Below are positions 17,528 through 25,508 of a stretch of 56,957 nt of DNA, piece by piece. The stretch's first letter is position 1; each line of letters opens with the position of its first letter. This DNA comes from Candidatus Eiseniibacteriota bacterium. GTDB lineage: Bacteria > Joyebacterota > Joyebacteria > Joyebacterales > Joyebacteraceae. The stretch is from NCBI GenBank assembly GCA_043819135.1, contig JBDRFG010000013.1, forward strand, positions 1-56,957. Direction: 5' to 3'. Made by a program: the position numbers and the translations under genes. The notes beneath the pieces are model-generated. The model ran no database searches. It was not told where the DNA came from and saw only the letters and a list, made by a program, of their open reading frames with translations.

Positions 17528-19084
17528 ATGACTGAGCGAAGACGTCGCCAGGCGACCATCGCGCCATGGGGGATTCTCCTGTGCGCCACCGCCCTTCACG
17601 CGAGCACGGTGGTCGACCTCGCGTCCGAGGCTGCGCCATCCATCCGCGGCACGGCCACGGAGGATCAGTTCGGTCATTGCATGGGCTCCGGCGACCTTGA
17701 CGGCGACGGCAGTGCCGAGCTCGTCGTTGGCGCGCCGGGGCTCGCGGACAGCGCGGGCGGCCCGCACGCTGGTGCGGTCTTCGTATTCCGTCTCTCCGCT
17801 CTGGACACGCTTTCGGTGAGTGCGCACGCCTCGGACCTCGCTGAACGGACGGTCTTTGGCGGCAGGGACCACGGCAGATTCGGCTCCGCGGTGGCCATCG
17901 CCGACCTGGATGCCGACGGTTTCGACGACCTCGCCGTCGGCGCGCCCGCTGCCGGCGACGAGAACAGCGTCGCACGCGGCGAAGTGTCCGTCTATTTCGG
18001 AAGCCCCTCCGGCTCCTGGAGCCTGGGGCCGAATGCGACGCCGGACGCGACCATGACGGGCGCATCGTCGGGCGCGAGACTGGGTTCCTCCATGCTCGCC
18101 CGCGACATCGACGGAGACGGGGCCGCAGAGCTTCTCATCTCGGCGCCGGCGGGCGGAGGGACGGCGGGCGCGCGGCCCGGCGCTGTCTACGTGGTCGAGG
18201 GCGAGGCGCTCCGCTCCCTGCACGAAGCCGCGACCGTAACCGATGTCGCGGTGGCCACCATCGTCGGTGAGAACGCGGGAGACGCGCTCACGGGACTGGC
18301 CGTGGCCGACACCGACGGCGACGGTGTCCTCGAACTCGTACTGGGCGCCTGTCAAGCAGACGGGCCCGGCGCGGACCTGACGGACGCCGGAAGGCTCTAC
18401 GTCGTCGGAGTGCACGAGGTTCTGGGGCAGCCGTCGTCACTTCCGTTGAAGGGAACGCACTCGCTCACCGGCGACACCGAGCGCGGATTCCTCGGCCGGT
18501 CGATATCGGTCGGCGACATCGACTACGACGGCATCGACGATCTGTTGGTCTCCGCCTACGCGTCGAAAGTGGGCGGGGACAAGCTCGAGGCGACGGGAGA
18601 GGCGTTCGTGCTGTTCGGGAACGCCCCGGACGCGAACGGTGGCGGACGGGCCGGCACGCCCGAGCTCGACGACCCCGCCGTGCCGCGATTCCGTGGCGGC
18701 TCAAGATCGGACCTGTTCGGCCTCCCGGTTCTTCTGGCCGACCTCAACGGCGATGGCGCCCACGACATCATCACCGCGTCGCAGTACGCGGACGGACCCG
18801 ACGATGAGCGGAACGCATGTGGTGAGATCTATGTCTACAGGGGAAGCCTGAGATCAGTGATGGCGGCCAAGGCTGGGAGCGCGGACCTCGCTGACATCAC
18901 GGTCGTCGGGGAGAACTCGGAAGACGCCATCGGCGGATCGCTCCTCGTCATCGAGTTTTCAGAGGGCGAGCCGCCCGTGCTTATCATCGGCGCCCCGAAC
19001 GCGCCTGGCGCCGGGGGGGACGGAGAGACCGTCCAGCGCTGCGGAAAACTGATACTGCTGTCGGCGAAGTCATTGTTGAGGTGA
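17528..19084 (+). CDS. FG-GAP / integrin-alpha-like beta-propeller protein
   Basis: Repeated FG.....gDldGDG..El.vGAP units; signal peptide. Confidence 0.88.
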   Translation: MTERRRRQATIAPWGILLCATALHASTVVDLASEAAPSIRGTATEDQFGHCMGSGDLDGDGSAELVVGAPGLADSAGGPHAGAVFVFRLSALDTLSVSAHASDLAERTVFGGRDHGRFGSAVAIADLDADGFDDLAVGAPAAGDENSVARGEVSVYFGSPSGSWSLGPNATPDATMTGASSGARLGSSMLARDIDGDGAAELLISAPAGGGTAGARPGAVYVVEGEALRSLHEAATVTDVAVATIVGENAGDALTGLAVADTDGDGVLELVLGACQADGPGADLTDAGRLYVVGVHEVLGQPSSLPLKGTHSLTGDTERGFLGRSISVGDIDYDGIDDLLVSAYASKVGGDKLEATGEAFVLFGNAPDANGGGRAGTPELDDPAVPRFRGGSRSDLFGLPVLLADLNGDGAHDIITASQYADGPDDERNACGEIYVYRGSLRSVMAAKAGSADLADITVVGENSEDAIGGSLLVIEFSEGEPPVLIIGAPNAPGAGGDGETVQRCGKLILLSAKSLLR

Positions 19085-19160
19085 GGTTTCAGTCGCTGCT
19101 GATGAGGCGCAGGAGTCGCGCGCTCACCGATACGGCGCGCCTCGGTCGCCGGCCCGGCGG

Positions 19161-20108
19161 CTACTTCGACAGGATCTCGACCGTGTCGCCCGAACTCAGA
19201 ACATGATCCAGACCAACCTCCTGCCCGTCGAAGCTCGCCGATGGTCCCCACACCCTGGCCTTTCGCGCACCGCCTGCAAGGTCCTTGTGTATCTGGCCCG
19301 CCAGATCCAGCACGTTTGCGCCCTCCGGAACGGCGTAGGCGAGAGGTTCCTCCTTCGAAACAGGATCGCGCGCGTCGACGACGATCCTGCCGATGAGGCC
19401 GCAGAACGCCTCGGCGATGGCGCGCTCCTCCCCCTCCCGTAACGGGAACCCAAACACGGGCGCCCCCGCACTGAGTGCGCGAAGAGACGCGAGTTCTTCA
19501 GGACCCGCGGCATCGGCTCGGGTTCCGATGAGCACGGCGGCCTTGTCGGCTCCCATCTCAGCGAGCTGACCGCGCAACGTGTCCATGTGGAGTCCGTGGT
19601 CCGCCGACAGGTCGACGACGATACAGAGGAACGTGGCGTTCAGACAGGCCTCCTTGAGCCCGCTCGCGTACTGCACTTCATCGAGCTGGCCCTCCGGGAA
19701 AGGAGGCAGGTCGACGATCTCGAACTCGAAACCGCCGAGGACGAACATCCCGACGTTCGGGGTCAGCGTCGTGTAGGGATAGTCGGCGACCTCCGCGTCC
19801 GCGCCGGTCAGAGCGTTCAGGACCGACGTCTTGCCCACGTTCGGAAGACCGACGAGTGCGATTTCGGCGAGCCCCCGTTTCCTGACGGAGAAAGGGTCAT
19901 CCGGGGTGGAGTGCGATGCGAGCACGCGGGTGATCTTCCTGAGTCCCGCGGCCTTTCGCTCGAGCTTTTTCCGAAGCTCCTGATACGGTCCCCTGTACTC
20001 CGGCCAGTCCGAGAGGTAGTCCTCCAGCAGACGCAACTCCTCCCTCGGCGGCCTCCCCTTGCAATCGCCCTTGATCTTGACCCAGAGATCCTTGTGAGAC
20101 ATCGGCAT
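19161..20108 (-). CDS. OBG/DRG-like GTPase with C-terminal TGS domain
   Basis: G1 GLPNVGKT, G2 DYPYTT, G3 DLPP; TGS IHKDL...ARVWG...GQEVGLDHVL..GD.VEI. Confidence 0.85.
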   Translation of the reverse strand: MPMSHKDLWVKIKGDCKGRPPREELRLLEDYLSDWPEYRGPYQELRKKLERKAAGLRKITRVLASHSTPDDPFSVRKRGLAEIALVGLPNVGKTSVLNALTGADAEVADYPYTTLTPNVGMFVLGGFEFEIVDLPPFPEGQLDEVQYASGLKEACLNATFLCIVVDLSADHGLHMDTLRGQLAEMGADKAAVLIGTRADAAGPEELASLRALSAGAPVFGFPLREGEERAIAEAFCGLIGRIVVDARDPVSKEEPLAYAVPEGANVLDLAGQIHKDLAGGARKARVWGPSASFDGQEVGLDHVLSSGDTVEILSK

Positions 20109-20148
20109 GAGCTTCTCTCCGGAAAACACGCTCCGCGGGTCCCGCCAT

Positions 20149-20637
20149 CTATCGCGCCCCGCTCTTCACCTTCTTGTCGGCGTTGAAGACGGTCCAGTAG
20201 CAGTCCTCTGCGTTCACCGCCTCTTCCTCGCTGAACCCCTCTCGCTTCATCACACGAACGACGAAGGCGTCAGCATCCCGCTCCTGGTTTCGCTTGTCCA
20301 CCTTCGCGAGGTAGTAATGCCCCCACTCGTGGGCCGCGAGGTACCACGCCGCGAGCACGCACGTCTCCGGATCTCGGTCGAGTAGGTGGTAGAGATTGTG
20401 GATGAACCCGAAATCGTAGACTGGAACAACGGCCTTGTATCCGTCGTCGGTCAGCGTGACCTGGCCGCCGGTCGTGTCCCAGTGGCGCAGCCTCAGGGAC
20501 CGCGACGAGTACCCGCTCCCTATCCGGAGCGCCTTGTAGACCAGGGAGCCTATCTGGCTGTGCACCGTGGCCATGTAGCGAAAGCCCGAGCGGACCTTCC
20601 GGGCCCACTCGACCTCGCTATTAAGCTTGATGCTCAT
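20149..20637 (-). CDS. Small hypothetical protein with an HExxH motif (possible zinc metallopeptidase)
   Basis: AGGAGG RBS before MSIKLNSE; AAHEWGH followed by ERDADAF. Confidence 0.7.
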   Translation of the reverse strand: MSIKLNSEVEWARKVRSGFRYMATVHSQIGSLVYKALRIGSGYSSRSLRLRHWDTTGGQVTLTDDGYKAVVPVYDFGFIHNLYHLLDRDPETCVLAAWYLAAHEWGHYYLAKVDKRNQERDADAFVVRVMKREGFSEEEAVNAEDCYWTVFNADKKVKSGAR

Positions 20638-20766
20638 CGAGGACCCTCCTCGCGAACATGATAGCACATCGGGAGTGCCGCCCGGGAGCCGCACCTCTTA
20701 CCGGGCGCGGCGAACGCCGGCGCCACGGGCGGCCTCGGCACGCCGCGGGCCTGCCCGGTACGGTAC

Positions 20767-20800
20767 AAAGAAGGGGGGCGGCACGTGTCTGCCGCCCCCT
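20767..20800 (-). terminator. Intrinsic terminator
   Basis: GGGGGCGGCA/UGCCGCCCCC stem plus CUUCUUU, just after the stop at 20824. Confidence 0.7.
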
Positions 20801-20823
20801 CGAAGCTCAGCACTCGGTCACAC

Positions 20824-22614
20824 CTACTTCAGCATGATCAGCTTGCCGCTTGCCGTGAGACCGTCGATGTCGAGCTTGGCGAAGTAGACGCCCGAAGCCA
20901 CGTTCTCGCCGGCGTTGTCGAACCCGTCCCACACCGCATTGCCCGCGCCCCCGTTCAGGCGCTCGTGGACGAGGGTGCGAACCTCGCGACCGTTAACGTC
21001 GTAGATGGCTATGTCAACCAGGCCGCCGCCGCTCGGGACCGAATAAGCGATCGAGGTCGTTTCGACGAACGGATTGGGACTGGCCGCCTTGAGGCCGAAC
21101 GCATAAGACTCGTCCTCGACGCCGGTGTCGACCTCTTCGGCGTCGTAGTCGTAGATCATGTTGTTCGTGGAAGCATCGGTGTTGGCTATGACAAGACCGA
21201 CAAGGGACATTCCGTCCCAGCCCTCGAACGTCAGCTCGCCGATGCCCCATGGATTGAGCGGGATCTCACCGTACTCGCCGTAGACGCCGGCCGACGTCCT
21301 GCGGTTCAGGTGGGCCGCGTTTCCGGTGGAGAGAGTCGAAGGACCCTCGTAGGAGACCAGAAGCCCGTCGTAGCCCGAGCCCGTGTAGTTGAACGTGATG
21401 TAGTTGCAGCCGTACCTGTCCGGCTCCTCTCCGGGGGTCGGACCGCCGATAGCGATCGGGTAGGTGCTGTGAGCGCGCATGACGTCGGCGGTGTACCAGA
21501 AACCGCCCTCCTCGAAGTGGTTCCCGTCATTGCGCGACCCGGTGAACCAACACCAGACCGCAAACTCTTCGTAGGCCTCTTCCATGCTGGACCCGTAGGT
21601 CCCGAGCACGACGTTCGTCATACTCAGCGTCGGGCTGGAGCCTTCCATCAGCCACCAGTTGTCGACGACGATGCCGCTGCCGAAGTTTTCGGCCAGAAAG
21701 AAATTCCAGACGCACGAGCCGTACCAGCGAAGGCTGCCGTTGTGGTAGTCGATCGACTCATAGAGCGAGCTCAGGAACTGAGAGAGGTAGCTCCTGTAGT
21801 CGTTGATGCCGTCGTAGACTATGTCCTCGATCCACGTGGACGTCGACTCTTTGTACCACGTGGACTCATTGACGTCGTGGGCGGCCTGGCAGGCGTGGCT
21901 GAATTCGTGCGCGATCGTGACCTGCGCACATTCTTCAGGTGTGTGCGGAAACCCCGCGTAGTCGTTGTCGATGACGACGTAGCTCGTGGCCGCGTTGGGA
22001 GGATAATCGCCGCCCGAGTAGTAGTACGTGGCCGCGCAGTAGCCGTAGAGGCTGGGGCCCAGGTTCTGGACGTAGACGTCGTAGAGGTCGTTGCCGCCGC
22101 CGCCGTCAGGGTCGCTGCCGTCCGGCGGGGGCGAGCGGAACCCCATGTTGGTAACCTCTTCCGCCCAGACGTACTCCACTGACGTCATTAAGGCGTCGCG
22201 GTAGGTAGTGTCCGGCCACCCGAGGATCACACCGCCGCCGGACGTGTCGTAGTGGATCCTGAAGTGCGTGGTCTCGATGTAGGTCAGGTTCGAAGGTCTG
22301 GCCCTGAGATCTCTGATCTCCTCGGCCACCGCCTCAGGGAGAGTCGGCAGCGCCAGACGGATCTCGTCATCGATCGGAGTTCCGCACTTGTCGACCTGCC
22401 CACCCGCCAGATCCTCCCGGACCTTCCACGGCGCGTAGACTGCGTACGCCTTCTGCAGGATCATCTCGTCGTGGCTGATGTCGCCCCGGTTGAACGCGCC
22501 CTCGATCACCGCGACGGTCGTCATCTCTGCGGTCTCGAGCTTGGCAACGCCCGGAACCACGAGAAGCGCGGCGGCGACCACGGACAGCAATAGAGCCACG
22601 GCCAGCTTACGCAT
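20824..22614 (-). CDS. Secreted zinc metalloprotease (MXAN_6640-like) with FlgD-Ig-like C-terminal domain
   Basis: GAGGAGG RBS; signal peptide; HFRIHY, YVVIDNDY, IAHEFSHACQ, WYKESTSTW; tail ASPNPF...YDVNGREVRTL...SGVYFAKL. Confidence 0.85.
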   Translation of the reverse strand: MRKLAVALLLSVVAAALLVVPGVAKLETAEMTTVAVIEGAFNRGDISHDEMILQKAYAVYAPWKVREDLAGGQVDKCGTPIDDEIRLALPTLPEAVAEEIRDLRARPSNLTYIETTHFRIHYDTSGGGVILGWPDTTYRDALMTSVEYVWAEEVTNMGFRSPPPDGSDPDGGGGNDLYDVYVQNLGPSLYGYCAATYYYSGGDYPPNAATSYVVIDNDYAGFPHTPEECAQVTIAHEFSHACQAAHDVNESTWYKESTSTWIEDIVYDGINDYRSYLSQFLSSLYESIDYHNGSLRWYGSCVWNFFLAENFGSGIVVDNWWLMEGSSPTLSMTNVVLGTYGSSMEEAYEEFAVWCWFTGSRNDGNHFEEGGFWYTADVMRAHSTYPIAIGGPTPGEEPDRYGCNYITFNYTGSGYDGLLVSYEGPSTLSTGNAAHLNRRTSAGVYGEYGEIPLNPWGIGELTFEGWDGMSLVGLVIANTDASTNNMIYDYDAEEVDTGVEDESYAFGLKAASPNPFVETTSIAYSVPSGGGLVDIAIYDVNGREVRTLVHERLNGGAGNAVWDGFDNAGENVASGVYFAKLDIDGLTASGKLIMLK

Positions 22615-22671
22615 GATCAAGCCTCCTCATCCAGGGTGTGCTCCCCCTTGTGAATACTCTGTCAACTATGC

Positions 22672-22790
22672 ATTGTAACACAACTTAGGGCCGAGGTCAA
22701 GTAGCGCGGCGGCGGGACGTTGCCGGGCCCGGGCCGTGGGCGCCCGCCGTGGGCGCCCGCCTTGACCCTCCCCCGAACCAAGGCTATAAT
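22672..22790. promoter_or_regulatory. Divergent sigma70-type promoters
   Basis: Minus strand TTGACC-N17-TACAAT (22700-22672); plus strand TTGACC-N17-TATAAT (22762-22790). Confidence 0.75.
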
Positions 22791-22799
22791 GTGGGTCAC

Positions 22800-23990
22800 A
22801 TGGCTCAGTTCCCAGGCAAGCGAGGCTTCCTCCCCTTCCTGCAGCACACCGGCATTCCGCTCTTCTCGATTCTCGGGATAAGAGTCGTCGCGCACTACAG
22901 CTGGTTCGCCATCGTCGCCCTTATCGTATGGGCGCTCACCGTGGGGTGGTTTCCAAGGGTCCTTCCCGGCAGGCCGCTTCTGCACTACGTCACGCTGGGC
23001 GTCATCACGGCGTTCTTCTTCTTCGCCTCAGTACTGGTTCACGAGCTCATGCACAGCATCGTCGCCGTCAGGAGCGGGATCCCCGTGCGGAGGATCACTC
23101 TTTTCCTCTTCGGGGGAGTCGCGGAGATCCTCAGCGAGCCGTCGGACCCGTCTACCGAGCTCAAGGTGGCTCTGGCCGGACCGGCGGTCAGCGCTGTTCT
23201 TGCCGCCGGGTGCTGGGCGGCAATCGCTCTGATGGGCAGCGAACCGGGGCGTCCCGGTCTGCAACTTGCGCTGGCCTACCTGGCCGTAGCCAACACCGTG
23301 CTACTCGCCTTCAACCTGCTGCCCGGCATGCCTCTGGACGGCGGAAGGGTCCTGCGCGCGATAATCTGGCGGGCGACCGGCAATCTCCGCAGGGCGACCC
23401 GCATAGCCAGCACCGCGGGACAGGCCATCGCGGGACTCATAGTGCTCGTTGGGATAGCGGTTGCGCTCTTCGGGAGCAACACATGGACGGGGCTCTGGAT
23501 AATCCTGATCGCCCTGTTCCTGCGGCAGGCCGCGGACACCAGCTATCGACAACTGCTGATGAGGGAGGCTCTACAGGGAGTCCGACTGGCGAGCGTGATG
23601 ACCCCGGACGCAGTGACCGTGCCGCCGGACATAACCCTCTCAAAACTCATCGACGGCTACCTGCTCCGGTATCACTTCACGACCTACCCGGTCGTGTCGG
23701 AAGGGCGACCGATCGGGCTCATCACCATCAGGTCCATCAAGAATATCCAGAGAGAGAAGTGGGGCACCACGCTTGTCAGCCAGGCCATGATACCCATCAC
23801 GTCCGCCACGTCTCTGTCGCCGGACAACGACATTCCGACGGCACTGTCCAGGATGGACGCGGCCGGGCAGAGCCGGTTGCCCGTGGTCGACGCGTCAGGT
23901 GAACTCATCGGTATCGTGTCGCGACGCGACATAGTGGGCTATCTGCAGATCCGGTCCGACCTCTCCTCCGACCCCCTGAAATCCCGCTAG
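22800..23990 (+). CDS. Site-2 protease (M50) with paired CBS domains
   Basis: VHELMHS, ALAGP, FNLLPGMPLDGGR; two CBS repeats. Confidence 0.92.
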   Translation: MAQFPGKRGFLPFLQHTGIPLFSILGIRVVAHYSWFAIVALIVWALTVGWFPRVLPGRPLLHYVTLGVITAFFFFASVLVHELMHSIVAVRSGIPVRRITLFLFGGVAEILSEPSDPSTELKVALAGPAVSAVLAAGCWAAIALMGSEPGRPGLQLALAYLAVANTVLLAFNLLPGMPLDGGRVLRAIIWRATGNLRRATRIASTAGQAIAGLIVLVGIAVALFGSNTWTGLWIILIALFLRQAADTSYRQLLMREALQGVRLASVMTPDAVTVPPDITLSKLIDGYLLRYHFTTYPVVSEGRPIGLITIRSIKNIQREKWGTTLVSQAMIPITSATSLSPDNDIPTALSRMDAAGQSRLPVVDASGELIGIVSRRDIVGYLQIRSDLSSDPLKSR

Positions 23991-24032
23991 CTATACGACG
24001 CGCACCCGCAACCTTGGGCCGGTCAAACAAGG

Positions 24033-24068
24033 ACGAGGGGGCGTCGCCGCTTCGGCGCGCCCCCTCGT
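24033..24068. terminator. Hairpin between the convergent M50 and TetR genes
   Basis: ACGAGGGGGCG pairs with CGCCCCCTCGT. Confidence 0.6.
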
Positions 24069-24132
24069 ATCATCCCCGCTGTCCAGTGTGTTCGGTGCTT
24101 CGGTCCGTCACACACGCGAACGACTCGCAGCG

Positions 24133-24747
24133 CTACTGCGCTGACGTTCCCTCGTCGCTCTCCTTGCAGCAAACACCGTTGACTATAAAATCGGTCAGCT
24201 CCTCCGATATGTCCGTCAGAGCGTACGAGCACTCATCCGCGACCCAGTCCAGAACGGTGCTCTGGAACGCCCCGAACAGCATGCTCGCGGTCACGGGCAC
24301 GTTGACGTCCCTGCAAAGCCCGGTCCGGACCCCTTCGCTCAACACGCTCTCGATGATGTCCTTGTAGGCACGGCTGCTGCGCTTCGCGACGGTCGTGATC
24401 ATCTTCGTGCTCTGCCTCAGCTGCGACAGGAATATCCTCGCGCTGTCAGGATTGTCCTGCATCAACTCCAGCCCGAGGGTCAGAAGACGGATCAGCTTGC
24501 CCTTCGGCGTCTTCTCCCGCTCCACTCCCTCTCGGAGTCGTTCCATGTGCGTGCCAAGGAACTCTTCGAAGACCGCGACGAGCAGCTCTTCCTTGCTCGA
24601 GAAGTAGATGTAGATCGTGCCGGCAGCAACGCCGGCGGACTCCGCGATCTCTGCCGTCGTGGTGTCGTGATAGCCCTTTTCGCCGAACAACTTCGCCGCG
24701 GCCGCGATGATCCGCTCTCTCTTGTTCCCGACCCTCTTCCTGGCCAT
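24133..24747 (-). CDS. TetR/AcrR family transcriptional regulator
   Basis: IIAAAAKLFGEKGYHDTTTAEIAESAGVAAGTIYIYFSSKEEL helix-turn-helix. Confidence 0.93.
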   Translation of the reverse strand: MARKRVGNKRERIIAAAAKLFGEKGYHDTTTAEIAESAGVAAGTIYIYFSSKEELLVAVFEEFLGTHMERLREGVEREKTPKGKLIRLLTLGLELMQDNPDSARIFLSQLRQSTKMITTVAKRSSRAYKDIIESVLSEGVRTGLCRDVNVPVTASMLFGAFQSTVLDWVADECSYALTDISEELTDFIVNGVCCKESDEGTSAQ

Positions 24748-24871
24748 GACTGAACCTCGCTTCATCTTGTTGATACCGAACGCCTGCTGTTACGTGAGCC
24801 GCCACTCAGTCAGCGACCGGCGCCTGCTTCCTCCCGCATGCCCGTGCCTCCACCGTCAATGAACAGTCACC

Positions 24872-24900
24872 ATACTAATCAACGCCCGGGAGCCATGCAA
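24872..24900 (-). promoter_or_regulatory. Sigma70-type promoter for the TetR gene
   Basis: TTGCAT-N17-TAGTAT. Confidence 0.55.
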
Positions 24901-25069
24901 GGAGTTTTGAGTGCGCTTCGCTAAAAAGAGTGCCCGGTACGGGGCAGAACGACGCGAGAGGGCAGAAGTCGCCCGGGGAGACCTTTGTTCTCTGGTGGCG
25001 CTATCGTGACAATGGGTACACTGTGTGCCGGGCGTGGGGGCCGCACTCCAAACGACGACCAGGGTGTCT

Positions 25070-25277
25070 CAGGAAGGAAAAGGAGGGCGGCCACCGATGC
25101 CGGCTGCCGCCCTCCCCTTGTAGAGGGGCGGGCCAACACGGAGGACACAACGCGGCGAGCCAAAGGAAGGAATCGCCGTCCAGGCTAGCGCGTCCGGCCG
25201 GTCAGACAACCGCCCCGTAGGTCATGTCAGATCCGCCCGCGTCCCGCGCGATCGCGCGCACCACGGCACGTACCCGC
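25070..25277 (-). ncRNA. Candidate sigma54-dependent small RNA (~205 nt)
   Basis: Sigma54 motif upstream; ~92-nt rod hairpin at 25125-25216 with a CU-rich loop; terminator stem 25082-25115 plus UUUU; no credible ORF. Confidence 0.5.
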
Positions 25278-25287
25278 TCCCACGTGA

Positions 25288-25303
25288 TGCAATCCGCGTT
25301 CCA
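25288..25303 (-). promoter_or_regulatory. Sigma54 (-24/-12) promoter motif
   Basis: TGGAACG-CGGA-TTGCA, one mismatch to TGGCACG-N4-TTGC(A/T). Confidence 0.6.
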
Positions 25304-25408
25304 GTGCTGTGTTTCGCCGGAATTACGCGTCCAGGAGCCGGCTGAGGGCCGCGGGGGCGACGCGCCGGCCCCCGTAGCGCCCCCACGAGGGCCTCCGGAG
25401 CTTCAACA

Positions 25409-25445
25409 GAGAGAGGGGGCCGGCCAGTAAGCCGCCCCCTCTCTC
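25409..25445 (-). terminator. Terminator of the M14 peptidase gene
   Basis: GAGAGAGGGGGC pairs with GCCCCCTCTCTC, about 60 nt after the stop. Confidence 0.65.
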
Positions 25446-25508
25446 GTTGCGAACTGCGCGTAAGCTGCCACCGGGTGTGCTCCCGCCGGCCGGCTCTATG
25501 TTCGTCGC

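Noticed and set aside
24795..24870. TGA...TCA partial palindromes upstream of tetR as an operator
   Set aside because: Too short and imperfect to support without homologous sites.
25036..25049. 14-bp inverted match to 8204-8217 (GGAGTGCGGCCCCC)
   Set aside because: A match this short is plausible by chance in 57 kb of GC-rich sequence, and there is no flanking similarity.
25125..25216. Rod hairpin read as SRP (4.5S) RNA or a CsrA-titrating RNA because of GGAAGGAA on the plus strand
   Set aside because: The SRP helix-8 context is missing, and the G-U pairs, promoter and terminator all point to the minus strand.
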